A stretch of DNA of 64,000 nucleotides, from NCBI GenBank assembly GCA_030264375.1, contig JASCQW010000133.1, positions 34,292,076-34,356,075 of the forward strand. Direction: 5' to 3'. Below are positions 12,195-24,797 of the stretch, piece by piece. Every line of letters starts with the position of its first letter. Position 1 is the first letter of the stretch. The notes under the pieces are model-generated. The model made no database searches, had not been told where the DNA came from, and saw only the letters and a list, made by a program, of their open reading frames with translations. Origin of the DNA: Carcharhinus longimanus. Lineage: Eukaryota. A program made the position numbers and the translations under genes.

Positions 12195-13209
12195 CTGCTG
12201 CTGAAACAGATCCTGGATCAATAAACTAAAAGGAAATCTCTGGAAGTAGGCATCTTCTGAATGGTGGCCTGAAAGTAGTGATTTCTTGAGACCCCTCTGC
12301 CAAATGAACTGACCAATATCTGTGTTTGGCATCCGCTTGGAGAAAAATATCACTCCTGTGAATTTGGAATTCAGTTCTTCTAACATTGCAACTTTGTGCG
12401 AGCTCCTCTTCAGAGAGAGCTTTGGATGTCTTTAGTCTCAATATATTTGGATTGGGCTTTTCTTCAGTAGACACATGATGGAACGACACTAGTCAACGTG
12501 CAAATGCACGTAGTGGATAATGCCGTGATGCTCCATGTCATCCAACACACAATGTCGTTTCTCCTGCATGTGTACATTGCACTTTCTAGGAGGGTCAGTA
12601 GATGGAATTGCATCTTCTGAGTTGTAGTGCACCTTTAACTTCAATTCAGTCTGGGTACATCTGTTGTCGGTCATAGATTGTCTCAATGTGATTATTCTTG
12701 GCTTCTTCTGCTGTGATTGATATCTTGGTGATCTCGCATATCATTATAATGTTAAGTCCCATACAAACTGGCAACCCCTGCTGTTGCTGATTTGCTCGTG
12801 CCCACCACTTAGACTACTTGTTGTTTCCATGCAGACTTGCTGTAGCTGTATTTCAATGTCAGTGCAATGAATTGGTGACCCATTGTATGCAGTTAGTTTG
12901 TCTGTTGTGGGTTATATCATTGATTTCCAGTCAATGCAAATACATATTCCTAGAATTCTGACTGATATTTGTGACAACTGTGTTGGTTTTGAACATGTGC
13001 TTGCCTCTTTCTTTGGGCATATGCTAACATAAGCTTCTCTTTGACTTCATCCCCAAATTGTGTCACATGAGACTCCTTTACCATAGCGATACCTTTAGAT
13101 ACATATAGATTTAGAAGGATAACACAATATTTGTTAAATGTTTATCAGTGTTCTCAATAAGCACACAGTCCTTGTAAACCAATAGGCAAAGTATGATCAG
13201 ACATGCCAC

Positions 13210-13455
13210 AGTAGGAAGGCAATGGCATATTGGTATTGTCACTGGACTAGAAATCCAGGGCAAGATCTGTGGACCCAAGTTCAAATTCTGCCACAAGCAG
13301 ATGGTGAAACTTGACTTCAATAAAAATCTGGGATTAAAAAAGTCTAGTGACCGTGAAACGTTTGCTTGTCATAAAAGCCCACCTGGTTCACTGATCTGTC
13401 ATCCTTACTTGATCTGGGTTGTCACACTGAGCCAACTGGTCTCATTGGCATTCTG
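13210..13455 (+). mobile_element. tRNA-headed SINE (second family)
   Basis: ggaaggcaatggcatattgg...gttcaaattc...cccacctggttcact; homologous to 32558-32950 and 38243-38612. Confidence 0.7.
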
Positions 13456-13464
13456 AATTGCATG

Positions 13465-13892
13465 CAAAGTTCACTAGGCTGATCTGGCTATGCAGAGATT
13501 TTCTTATGAAGAGAGGTTAAGTAGGTTGAACGTGTACTCATTGAAATTTAGAGTGAGAGGCAAGCTTATTGTGATACATAGGATTTTCAGGGGGCTTGAC
13601 AAGGTAGGAGAGTCAAGGACGAAATTTCAGAGCAAGGGGCCTTCAAGACAGGAATGAGGAGGAATTTCTTCTCTGAGGGTAGTGAATTTATGGAATTCTT
13701 ACCATAGAGGGCTGTAGATGCTGGTAGTTAAGTATGTTCAAGGCTGAGATGGACAGATTTTTAATCAGTAAGGGAATTGGGGTTATACGGTTAAGGTGGG
13801 AAAAGATTATATCTGACTAATCATGATTCCATTGAATGATGGAGCACACTCGGACCAGATGGCCTACTTCTGTTCCTACATCTGATGGTCTA
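13465..13892 (+). mobile_element. CR1-type LINE 3' end
   Basis: aagttcactaggctgat...gatggcctacttctgttcctacatctgatggtct tail. Confidence 0.8.
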
Positions 13893-15410
13893 AGCTTAAA
13901 CTTGTACCTTATTTCTAATACCCACAATACAAATAAATTATTTAAACTATCACTATCCAACACAATATTGTGACCTTTTTCTGCAAAAGATCTTGGAAAG
14001 TTTCAATTGGCATTGAAACTATAACCATCTCCATTATTTATTCAGACTGTTCAGCCTCTGAGAAATCTCAGGCCTTGCCCTTTTCATGGCACCTGCTGAT
14101 GATTGATTCTTGTTGCTGTTGTCTGCAAGTCATCAGCTCTAGATGGTATATTCTAAAGTTCACCTTTATGTGAAGCTCATCCTTCAGCAAGCTCCATGTC
14201 TTGGCAGGAACCTTCTGATCCTCCTTTAGTCTGCCAAAAGTGTTGGCCCTGTGCAAAGCCTTATTTCCAATGGTTATCTTTAACTTCAGTACTTGTATAT
14301 CTGGTTTTGTGACAGATAAATCAAATCCTTGTTCAGAAAGCCTAAATGTGGATTGGACTTGTGACCTTCCAATTCATGCTGGGGTAGTTGGCGGTCATCT
14401 TCCTGATGTGCCCTGTCTTTTATGAATGCTGTCAATATTTAGGGGATTATAGCATCTCTCTTTCGTGGGGGATCCAGCAATGCAACTTTTGTGGTGATTC
14501 TTTTTCTCTTTGCTGGAGCTCGTGCTTCTTATTTTTTCTGTACTTTCAGTTTTTTTCTGTGGGAATGATACCAACTTAAATTGGGTGGTCTGATTCATCA
14601 CCATTCCAGCTCACCGTAAATCATGTATTCATTGCTTTGTGAAACACTGTGTAGTGATTCTCTACTTCCCAGGATCTTCAATGTGCATTCGACCTTTTGT
14701 ACCACATAAAATCTTGTTTGTAACCTTTTCTGCGATCGTCGAATCTTCTTCATTTGTTTAACAGGAATCACTGCTGATCACCATGTTATACTTCTGTTTG
14801 CTTTGTAAAAACTTAACCACATTTATCAGCCCAGTGTGTATCAGTTTATTTGAAGGTGTAGTACCAGGTTGCTCAGCAGGCAGATTTAGTATAAAGATTC
14901 AAAAGCTATTGATAATAGGAAAGTACAGCTGTACCTTCACACCACATGATGCTAACTAGTTTAAAGCTCCTTTGAAAAATGTCATCTGGAAATATGTTTT
15001 GCATCCTGAATATTTATTCTTTAGCATATTCTCTATCTTAACAGCTACTGCTCATTCAAGTCATGCATTGTTCCTTGAATGGGAAGGGCAAACATGTCAT
15101 GATCTTTGCTAGTTTTGTATTCTGATCAGGAGATGGAACTTTGTACAATATGGTTTTCTTTCCTTACTCACTCTTGGACTATCTGCCTTGTAGAAAGAGA
15201 GGTGAACACCTGATAATTATGCAATTCAGTTATTCACTTTTTTGTATGGTTAAAAAAGACAATATTTGAAGAATATACTGAGAAGTTAAACTACATTAAT
15301 TTGGGAAGTTGATTAAATTGTTCATCTTTCATATGATTGAACTGTCTCTATCTGGCTGAATTACATCCATTATTGGTATGTAAAGTTCAATGTCCTGTTG
15401 TCTTGTGCAG

Positions 15411-15520
15411 ACTGCTTTGCTGTTGAAAACACAAGCTCCTGTTTTCACAGAGCTAGGTGATGAGCCCTACATAGGAGCTGAACAGAGCCAGAAAGGAACG
15501 TTCCCCTCTTTGGATGACAG
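15411..15520 (+). CDS. HECTD4: HECTD4 exon 4: TALLLKTQAPVFTELG...PSLDD(R)
   Basis: tgcag| and |gtgatt; phase 0 to 2; absent from the ORF track. Confidence 0.88.
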
Positions 15521-16456
15521 GTGATTGATGTTATTCTGATGGTATTGAACAGGATACAATTTCAATTCTCTCAGTTTAAGGAATTATTATGTATTTGAAA
15601 AACCAATGATTTGGCAAACTGAAATCTTTGCCATCGCAATTTAATCTCTGTGACTATTACTGAGTATTTGAGATTGTGGTTACGCTGTAGCTATCGATCT
15701 AACTGGCTGTGAATATTAGTTGTGTGGCGGGAAGAATTCTAAATTTGTACATGCATAGGCTCGCACTTTTGGGCAGAGCAATGCCATTGGTAAATCTTAA
15801 ACTTGAATGTTGGTAGGAACATAGACACAAATATTTAAATCAGCATTGCTTAATTTTATCAAGTGTCGAGGAGATTCAATGGATTTTGTTTTTTGTTTAT
15901 ACCCAATTCAATCCAATCAAAGTGCAATTCCAAGTCTCAGCAAGTGAGACATTCCAGATCCAAGCTGACAGGGCTTCCCACTTCTTGTCTTAGGCTTGAT
16001 CTACATGATACAAGCTGAATGGAGCAGGCATTGCACCTTCTTCAAGGCTTGATTTAATTTGCATCTTAGCCATGTACACTTTTTGAACCCACTGAAGATG
16101 TATTGTTCAATGTGATGTTGAGCCAGCAATGAGGGACTGGCTGATTGAGGGGACCTATCACTGTGGAGCTAAGTCAGTTGCTGCAGAAAATATAACCACA
16201 CCATCAATAATCAGTTTATTAAAAGCTGCTAATTTGGCTGTTTTTTTTCTGCCATTACTTTGTTCTTAAGTAGAGTATTAACACACAGTAACGTTTAAAC
16301 TTAAGAGTACTGCTATAAACACATTTGAGAAGTGTAGAGCAACAAATGTGCGGGTCCATCCATCCATCCTGTCCCATGAAATTGCAGTGCCTGCTGCATG
16401 ATATGTACATTCCCTCATTTCACCTGGAGGGGCAAGGAACAAGATTTAATAATCCT

Positions 16457-16776
16457 GGACAGCACAGTGGTTAGCACTGCTGCCTCACAGCGCCAGGGAC
16501 TCAGATTCAATTCTGGCCTCGGCTCACTGCCTGTGTGGAGTTTGCACGTTCTCTTCGTGTCTGCATGCGTTTCTTCCGGGTGCTCCGGATTCCTCCCACC
16601 GTCCAAAGATGTATGGGTTAGGTTGATTGGCCGTGCAAAATTGACCCTTGTGTCAGTGGGATTAGCAGGATAAATATGTGGGGTTGCAGGAATGGGGTCA
16701 GAGTTCAATTGTGGTTGGTGCAGACTCGATGGGCCGAACAGCCTCCTTCTGCACTGTTGTGATTCTGATTCTGTGA
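16457..16776 (+). mobile_element. HE1/V-SINE-type SINE, near full length
   Basis: A/B-box tRNA head, V core, gattct tail; possible ATCCTGG TSD. Confidence 0.9.
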
Positions 16777-17303
16777 TCCTGGCCAACGGGGGGAGGAGGA
16801 GGAGGAGGAGGAAGTGGAGGAAATCATCTGGAAAATACTTCTCCTAATGCCTTGGATGATTGAAATTATTCCAGGAGACCACTCTGGCCCTGATTAATAT
16901 TATTAATCAACCCGCCTTCTCCTTGAGGTGATCTCTACCATAGCCAGAAATAGGTCACTTGAATTCAACAAATTAAAAACAAAAATAGAAAACGCTAGTC
17001 TGGCAACATCTGAGGAATGAGAAACAGTTAGCGTTTATGGTTCATGACCTTTCAATGGAACGAACCACTTCCTACTTTCGCAAAGCTTGAGATTCTTATC
17101 CCTAGTGGTCCTTTTAATTAACTATTCAGTGGAAACATAATGTAGGAGTTATAAACTGACTGCACCATCTATTATCAGACGTATTAACTGAGGGTTTAAA
17201 TCTTTCACTAGTCAGCCTGTTGGTTTGATGTAGAATTGCATTGAAATTACTTGAGTTAGAACTGAAATATGTTAAATGCAGCTAAATTAATTATTTTCAC
17301 CAG

Positions 17304-17511
17304 AAATTACCGTATGCTGGAGGAAAAGGAAGAGCCTGGATTTCTGACTGGCTTAAAGATCCCTGCCCCATGGGCAGCTGGAAAGACAGTGGAAACAGTC
17401 CATCCTGTGAGAGACAACTACAAGTTCAAGGAAACTGTCCACATTCCTGGTGCACGCTGCCTCTATCTGAGGTTTGACACTCGCTGCTCCTCCCAGTATG
17501 ACTACGACAAG
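17304..17511 (+). CDS. HECTD4: HECTD4 exon 5: (R)NYRMLEEKEEPGFLTG...SSQYDYDK
   Basis: cag| and |gtaaat; phase 2 to 0. Confidence 0.95.
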
Positions 17512-17654
17512 GTAAATGAATGAAAAGGGCATTGTATTTGCATTCATATTGTTAGCGTTAGAGCTCAACAAGATGGGTTTAAATCCTATTTGTAAAATCT
17601 GGGAGGATTACCTGGGGGAATTAGAGCTGATGGAGTGTGTTGTATGCAAACAGA

Positions 17655-18130
17655 TTTATGAACTAGGAGCAGGAGAAGACCATTCAGTCCCTTAAATCAG
17701 ATCTGCCACCATTCAGTAAAACCATGACTGACCTGATTCTGTCCTCAATTCCACATTCTCCAGCCCTGTGTTCCTGTGACTCCTTTGTTAGTCAAGAATC
17801 TTTCTACCTCTGCCTTAGAATATTCATTAACCTTGCCTCCATTGCTCTCTGGCGAAGAGAGTTCCAAAGATGAAGAGAAACAAATTATTTTCATCTGTCT
17901 TAAATGGGAGACCCCTTATTTTTAAACTTTGCCCCTAGTTCCGGTCTCTCCCTAAAGGGGAAATGTTCTTTCAGCATCCACTCCATCAAGCTGTCAGGAT
18001 CTTGTATGTTTCAGTAAGATCACTCTTTAATCTTCTAAATGTTAATGAATGCAAGCCCAGCCTGTGCCACTTTCATGCAAGATAACACCTCCATCCATGA
18101 TATCAAGTGAAATATCTTTGAACTGCTTCA
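17655..18130 (-). mobile_element. CR1-type LINE 3' end
   Basis: atgaactaggagcaggagaagaccattcag tail; homologous to the other CR1 tails in the window. Confidence 0.75.
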
Positions 18131-18174
18131 AACAAAATTTGTGAAGACCATTTCTTCCAATTTTTAGTTCATTT

Positions 18175-18466
18175 CATAGAACCATGGAATTCCTACAGTG
18201 CAAAAGGAGGTCCTGTGGCCTACCAAGTCTGCACCGACCACAATTCCATCCAGACTCTCTCTGTAAACCCATGTATTTACCCTGCTGAACCTCCTGACAC
18301 CAAGTGGCAATTTAGCATGGCTAGTCCACCGAACCTGCACATCTTTGAGTGTGGGAGGAAATCCATGCAGACACGTGGAGAACGTCCAAACTACACAGGC
18401 AGTAACCCAAGGTTGGAATTGAGCCCGGGCCCCTAGAGCTGTGAGACAGTAGTGCTAATCACTGTG
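18175..18466 (-). mobile_element. HE1/V-SINE-type SINE
   Basis: Reverse-complement match to 16457-16776. Confidence 0.85.
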
Positions 18467-19014
18467 TCAAGGTGGATCTGTTTGGGTAAGGAGGCACTGG
18501 CTTTTCCTGCAGTGATGCCTAATTCAAAATCCCAACCTGAACTATTATTGAAAACTGCTTCCCTCAATGAAGCAATCCATGAGAACAGGATAAATCCGTA
18601 TATAATGACTACAACACGAGTACTCAAAGATTGTCTGTATCTCAAGGTCTTGGAGAAGACACCAAAGGAATCTTTTCCCTGTTTACAAAGCAGCAAGAAG
18701 AATTGGGGAAAAAAGAGACCAGCTATCTTATGTTTGCAGGAATCTGTGGCACTCTGAGATGGAAAGTATTGGGGAAATTTGTCATATCAGATTCTCGAAA
18801 TAAATCAATAAACTTGAGAAAAACACAGAAGGTGTAGAATTGATGTGTTTCCAGCCCAATTACAAATTCAAAAATGCATCTTTGTTTTTCCTTCAAATTA
18901 GATCAAATTTGCTTTGAGAATATCCTCTGTAAATAGATTGTTTGATCCTCAAGTTGATTTCGTGAAGCAGTGGTGCAGATGTGTCTTGAAAGCAGAACCA
19001 GTAGATTTAGAACC

Positions 19015-19270
19015 AGTGAAAGTGTTAAATTAAAAGCGGAGGCGTTTAGAGTAGCTAAGAGTAGTGGGCGAGAAGAGGATTGGGAGAGGTTTAANNNNNN
19101 NNNNNNNNNNNNNNNNNNNNNNNNNNNNNNNNNNNNNNNNNNNNNNNNNNNNNNNNNNNNNNNNNNNNNNNNNNNNNNNNNNNNNNNNNNNNNNCCATGA
19201 TCCTATTGAATGGCGGGGCAGGCTCGAAGGGCTAGATGGCCTACTCCTGCTCCTATTTCTTATGTTCTTA
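19015..19270 (+). mobile_element. CR1/HER1 LINE pieces flanking an N-gap
   Basis: KLKAEAFRVAKSSGREEDWERF before the gap; ctcctatttcttatgttctta tail after it. Confidence 0.75.
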
Positions 19271-19742
19271 TTTATCTTGAGTGTGTCTGCTTTCTTCAGT
19301 TAACATTTTTGTATTTGTTTCAAAAGCATGCTCTTAATGCCCGTGTCTTCTGAGTTTTGTGTTGCCAGTTTCTCTGCCTCCCCGTTTGTGGATTTCGTTG
19401 ACTTTGTACTAATATTTATGATCTGTTCACATTTATTCTCAAGAGTAGAGTATGCACATCTTTGAGTTTCTCAAAAGATGAGTGCTTCTTAGAACAGATT
19501 ATTCCTAAATATATTTGCCTCAAATGTCGATTTGTGATTTGAGTTTATGCTGGAAGGTGTGCAGCAATTAGATCCAATTATGTTAAATTCTGTTCATCCA
19601 ATTGCAAGGACCCTAATGTTCTTCATTAAATTTCAGTCAGAAATATTTTGGTACCGTTTAATAGCCTGTTTATTTTAAGTGAAAGACCTTCTGGATTGAA
19701 GAGGTATTATGTCGTTCAATTATACACAATTTATTCTTGTAG

Positions 19743-19862
19743 CTGGTGATATATGCAGGTCCAAACACTAATAGCAGGAAAGTAGCAGAGTATGGAGGAA
19801 ATACATTGGGTTATGGAAGTCGCAGTGTACTGGGGACTGGTTGGCCTAAGGACTTAGTCAAG
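19743..19862 (+). CDS. HECTD4: HECTD4 exon 6: LVIYAGPNTNSRKVAEYGG...KDLVK
   Basis: tag| and |gtaatt; 120 nt, phase 0 to 0. Confidence 0.95.
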
Positions 19863-20152
19863 GTAATTGAAAACAAGATTTTTTTTCCCTACCTATTCTT
19901 TATAGTCGTTATTTTTTTCCTTTTAACTATTTGATAACTAGTAGCTCTCCTGTACACTTAATTGTGAAATAAATGTTTTTTGGTGAGTGCAGTGAGTTAG
20001 ATTTGGATATATGTGTAATAGATACTGAAATGGAGGAGTGAAATTGAATGAAAGTGCAAAACCGTTGCTCTGTACCCATTAGACTTACTTAGAATTGAAG
20101 CTCACTTGATTCTACAAGTCTGAAAATTAAATCCCATCAATATATTTATCAG

Positions 20153-20257
20153 GTTGAGGGAGACACCGTGACATTTTCTTTTGAGATGAGGAGTGGACGA
20201 GAACACAACACACCTGATAAAGCCATGTGGGGATTTGCCTGTACTGTTCGAGCCCAG
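20153..20257 (+). CDS. HECTD4: HECTD4 exon 7: VEGDTVTFSFEMRSG...CTVRAQ
   Basis: cag| and |gtaagt; 105 nt. Confidence 0.95.
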
Positions 20258-20383
20258 GTAAGTAGATTGTTCTAGTTAAATTGTGACACATGTAAAGAAT
20301 TGACATTTCTCTGATCGTCACAGGCTTAACTTTGCACTTGGTTATATTTGGCAATTAGCTTTTACACATTTATTTTACTGCAG

Positions 20384-20547
20384 GAGTCTTCAGAGGATGT
20401 TTCAGGAGGTTTGCCCTTCCTTGCAGATCTTGCATTGGGTCTCTCCGTATTAGCCTGTTCCATGCTACGGATCCTTTACAACGGACCCGAAACAACTAAA
20501 GAGGAGGAAGCATGTCACCAATTGCTTCGATCAAAACTGCTACAGAG
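20384..20547 (+). CDS. HECTD4: HECTD4 exon 8: ESSEDVSGGLPFL...SKLLQ(R)
   Basis: cag| acceptor; non-canonical AG|GCAAGT donor; phase 0 to 2. Confidence 0.9.
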
Positions 20548-21825
20548 GCAAGTTGCTTGATTACTTCTCATTTGGCAAATTTGTTACATTTCTCCATATT
20601 TTGAAAGATGGGAAATTACTATGTTGCTGCCTGATTTACTTATGAAGTAGGATTTTTATTGATCTGATATTCATCTGCCAGGGTATTTAAAGGCAATATA
20701 TACATACTGAAGCTGCATGTGTATTCAAAAGCTTGTTTAAGATGCAAGTATTACTTAAACAAGTGCACCACATTGTGTGTTGAGTTAAGCATTGCATTTT
20801 ACGATCTGTGTTCAGTTCCTCCAATTTTGCTTGTCAGAACTCCTACCAAAGAATGAATGTTGCTGATCAGAAGTGTGGCCAACAGCATTGTTTTTTCCTA
20901 ACATAGACTGCAGGAAAACAACCTACTGTTGTAAAACGATCCTTCTTTTAACTTATTGAGTAACACCAGGGAAGAACTTCTACGTAATTTAGTTCTTCAT
21001 GGGAGTGCTGACCACTTAAAATTGGTTAGCTTGTATCTCAAAACAGCTAGTTCCAATGTGAAGTACAAATTATCTAGACTTGGAATCATGCTCATTGCTA
21101 TGGAAATAATGCTATTCAAATTACTTCTGTTCAATTATATTTTGAGGGAAGTTTGCATGGCCATACTTAAGTCCTTTTGGAATGATTTACAGTAGGTTGG
21201 AAACTTGCTCAGCTTTTTACAGGAGAGCAGCTAATCATTTGAGGATGCTGGCCACCAGCAGATACAACTATTGTAAAAAGCACCTCATTCAAAGGACCTG
21301 CTGCTTTTGATTAACCACTGTATTCTAAAGCCATGTCCCAATGAAAATGAAAAAGATGAACATTTATTTTTCTTAGTTATGAAATATGAGTGCTTTCACC
21401 ATTAGGTCTTTTGTAATTTTAGAAAATCAATGTGATTTATATATTTGCTAATTAATAAATCTGATTCACAGCTACTGCCTGAAATGTATGATTTGTGTGT
21501 GTTGTGCATCTGTTAATTGGAGAGGTTTGAACTTACTGTTTGCTGAGTACAGTTTGATTGTAAACTAGTTTATTCCTTTGGGTATGCTACTTTTGATTCT
21601 GTGCATAAGGTCACATTTCATTCAAGGAATTGTGGATCAGTGGATATTGTCATTTATACTTGGTATCAGAAAAAGTATCTGATGACTGCACATTGCATAT
21701 TTATTCCATATCCAACATGCCATTGCTCAACTTGAACATACATTCTCTTGCAAAGTGAAAAATGAAATTGTGCAATTTCTGGGCTAGAATTAAATATATA
21801 TATCTTTGTAATCTTTTGATTACAG

Positions 21826-22068
21826 ATGCCAGTGGCAAGTTGAAGCAAACGGTGCCTTATCTCCTGCTTTGACTCCAAGCCCCTCTCCTCTGCCGCTAAC
21901 TATAGAGGAAGACAGGGAGTTCACATATCCTTGTGACGCACTCGCACCTCCTCCCCCAGTAACTGGGCACTATTTTGATTTGCCAAGGATTCGTCTGCCT
22001 CCTGGAATAATGGGAAAACTCAGGGAAATATCTGGAAGAGCACGACCTCAGTTCAGACCAAGTATTAA
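21826..22068 (+). CDS. HECTD4: HECTD4 exon 9: (R)CQWQVEANG...RPQFRPSI(K)
   Basis: cag| and |gtgcgt; phase 2 to 2. Confidence 0.93.
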
Positions 22069-22762
22069 GTGCGTGTGATCCCTTAAATATCAATATTTTG
22101 CTATGCTACCATGTTAGGACATCAAAGCCCCTTTATGAAAGTGTAAAGCGTTGTAGGAAGAAACAGTTGAGTCTGAATAATGAACACTTTAGCAAACTAT
22201 TTAGTTTTGTAATATTCTTTTGTATTTGTTCTTGCTTTCTTGTTCCCTGTAGTTGGTGGGGAGCACTAACATTTGTGGTATGGTTCCTTGGATTCCAGCT
22301 GTCCCCAGTACAAATGGCCCTTCATGTCGAGGCCTAGGTAGTGAATAGCAACATGCTATTTAGTAGGAGCAGGCACATTTCAATCATGTCTGATTTTTGT
22401 TCTCTTCTAACATCCGCACTCTTGTACTTACCAATAGCAGTTAAGGAACAGTGATCAGGGAAACAGTTGCTAGATTTTCCCCCACCTTTCCCCAGCATCG
22501 GCCATTGAGACCACCTGCAACAAATACATTATTATCCCGAAATAGATCAATTAACAAAGGCTGGTGATCAAAACTGGGACTACTGAAGTCTTCATGACTC
22601 AGTTTAACACTTTTTTTTTGACAATTGCCATTTAAAGATGTTAGTTTCTAGAGAAATGACGGCAAAAATATTTAATTACATCAATACTGCTAACGATGAA
22701 GCATTAGTTATCATTTTTACTCCACACTTGTCCTTCATTCTCTTCCATCATGCCAGTCTTTG

Positions 22763-23050
22763 AACATAAGAACATAAGAAATAGGAGCAGGAGTAGGCCA
22801 TCTAGCCCTTCGAGCCTGCCCCGCCATTCAATANNNNNNNNNNNNNNNNNNNNNNNNNNNNNNNNNNNNNNNNNNNNNNNNNNNNNNNNNNNNNNNNNNN
22901 NNNNNNNNNNNNNNNNNNNNNNNNNNNNNNNNNCTGCTCCTCAACAGACCCTCCCTCCAACGCGCTCCCCCAGTCCACATTCGCCAATTCTTCTCTCATC
23001 CTACCGTACTTCCCTCTATTCAAACAAAGGACGCGTACAAATCTGTAGTT
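22763..23050 (-). mobile_element. CR1/HER1 LINE pieces flanking an N-gap
   Basis: aacataagaacataagaa tail; RMREELANVDW after the gap. Confidence 0.75.
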
Positions 23051-23370
23051 GAACATGTTATAAGTATCCTTCCTCTTAAGTTAATGGTGCTGTGTGATTG
23101 GATATGATGCATTTATTCAACTTGTTGATCATTGTAGAGAAAGAAAGGGCACATTCAAGATCATACTGCAGTAGGTTACAATAAGATGTCCTCAACAGGA
23201 TGAGGAAGTAATGCTTGGCACAGAGTGGTTTTTATAGTGTGAGATGGAAGTTATTTATGGATTGGTCAACACCTTGAATGATCAGACTTGAAATTATTCT
23301 GTTGATACAGTTTTTGGAGTGAAAATTGGCCACTCACTCCCTAATGATGCTTTTTGCCCCTCGATTCTAG

Positions 23371-23563
23371 GGAAGTGATTCAGCCTGATGTGATGGAAGA
23401 AATGGTGGTGTCATGTGTGATCAAACATTTGAATCTGATTGATGCGCTGCAGTCTCTGATTAATTTCCAGTACCGAGAGGAGCACCTGGAAGAATATGAC
23501 CTGCTGTGTAAAATAATGGGAGAAACTTTCAAAAAACTTAATGCTATGGAGCGACAACTTCAG
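23371..23563 (+). CDS. HECTD4: HECTD4 exon 10: (K)EVIQPDVMEEMVV...MERQLQ
   Basis: tag| and |gtaaag; phase 2 to 0. Confidence 0.95.
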
Positions 23564-24307
23564 GTAAAGTTGGGGACTTAAGGGAACCTTAATATGCCTG
23601 TTTAGATGGATGGTAGATGTAAACATGGCCACTTTTGGTATGAGGTAGCATCTAGAGGTTTTTGACTTCGTGGATAAGAATCTTAATGGGTTCCCTGAAG
23701 CCATCCTAAATTGATGTATGAATACATGAAAAGAATATGTGAAAATAAAAATATATTGTCTATATGATGTAAACAATTAATGTGCTAAGATTCAATGCCA
23801 CTTTCTTGAAAGAATTTTAACAATTATCAATAATGGAAATACATTTGGCAGTTGAGAATTGTATTTGCTCACTTAAAACATCAAAATATCATTTATCCTG
23901 AAATCCTAGATTTGATTGTAAAACATTGATCAGTTTTGTCAATCTGTGAACTAAATATGGTGTGTTATTTTTATTCATTACCATTCTGCTCTTTTCATTC
24001 TTGCTGTCTTGCAAGCTGATGGGAGGTGTCTGCAACTGTACTAAATGTAATTGTTTCTTCAATGATCTCTTTTTAATGCAACGTCCAATCTGTGTATGAA
24101 GGAAGTACAGAATCTCTTTTCAGTGTTTCTCTTTGATAATTTGTGATTAGCTCAAGCTGAATAGTTACCTGTTTTGTTCCAACGGATTATACAAGCCTCT
24201 AATTCCTGCTGTTAAACACAAATCCAGATATCTAAATGTTTACTCATATCTTCACGTCCTTTAGGACGGTCCTGTATTTGCTTTACTGATATTTTGTTAT
24301 CCTATAG

Positions 24308-24412
24308 AGTGTAGCGGAGCTTGAGCAGAAATGGCAGAATGAAATGGAAGATGGCCAACAAGGAAAACTGGAAAACAATCTCCCATTTTTCCATGACTAT
24401 CACTTCAATGAG
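24308..24412 (+). CDS. HECTD4: HECTD4 exon 11: SVAELEQKWQNE...DYHFNE
   Basis: tag| and |gttagt; 105 nt. Confidence 0.93.
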
Positions 24413-24609
24413 GTTAGTCTTTGAATATGAAAGTGACCTTTTCTGATGATGTAGAACCTAAACTGCTGACTTCACTTTGTTCTCTGAGGCCACGGTTAGA
24501 AATGTAGGGAACTGGATTCAACCGATTGACCATCAACCTATGTGTGAAAATTAGTTCTGAGTATCATCTTGTGATAACATTTATTATCTCAACAAGGGGA
24601 AGTGAAGAT

Positions 24610-24797
24610 CACAATCCAAAAATGTTGAACGTGCATAGGTCAGGCAACATTTATGAAGAGAGAAAGAGTTAGTGTTTCAGGTTGATGACCTGATATTCTG
24701 ATGAAAGTTCATTAACCTGAAGCATTAACTCCATTTCTCTCTTCACGATTGCTGCCTGACTTGCTGGGTATTCCTAGTATTTTTTAGTTTTATTTTA
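24610..24797. repeat. Fold-back (inverted) Penelope-like repeat
   Basis: Arms tcaggcaac...gaagagagaaagagttagtgtttcaggttgatgac and gttcattaacctgaagcattaactccatttctctcttca...gctgcctga; CTGATGA box at the centre. Confidence 0.7.

Larger units (their letters stand above)
12230..14900 (-). mobile_element. Decayed Gypsy (Mag-like) LTR retrotransposon: LTR end/PBS, gag, protease, RT; interrupted by younger inserts
   Basis: RT remnants DAIPSTDPPRKC, LEELNSKFTGVIFFSK, DAKHRYWSVHLAEGSQEITTFR; LTAYNGSPI; gag-like VNFRIYHLELMTCRQQQQES; minus-strand AATAAA...TAACA then PBS-like TGGTGATCAGCAG (14771-14783). Confidence 0.75.

Noticed and set aside
16788-16820. (GGA)n tract; also (CCCT)n at 30241
   Set aside because: Ordinary short microsatellites
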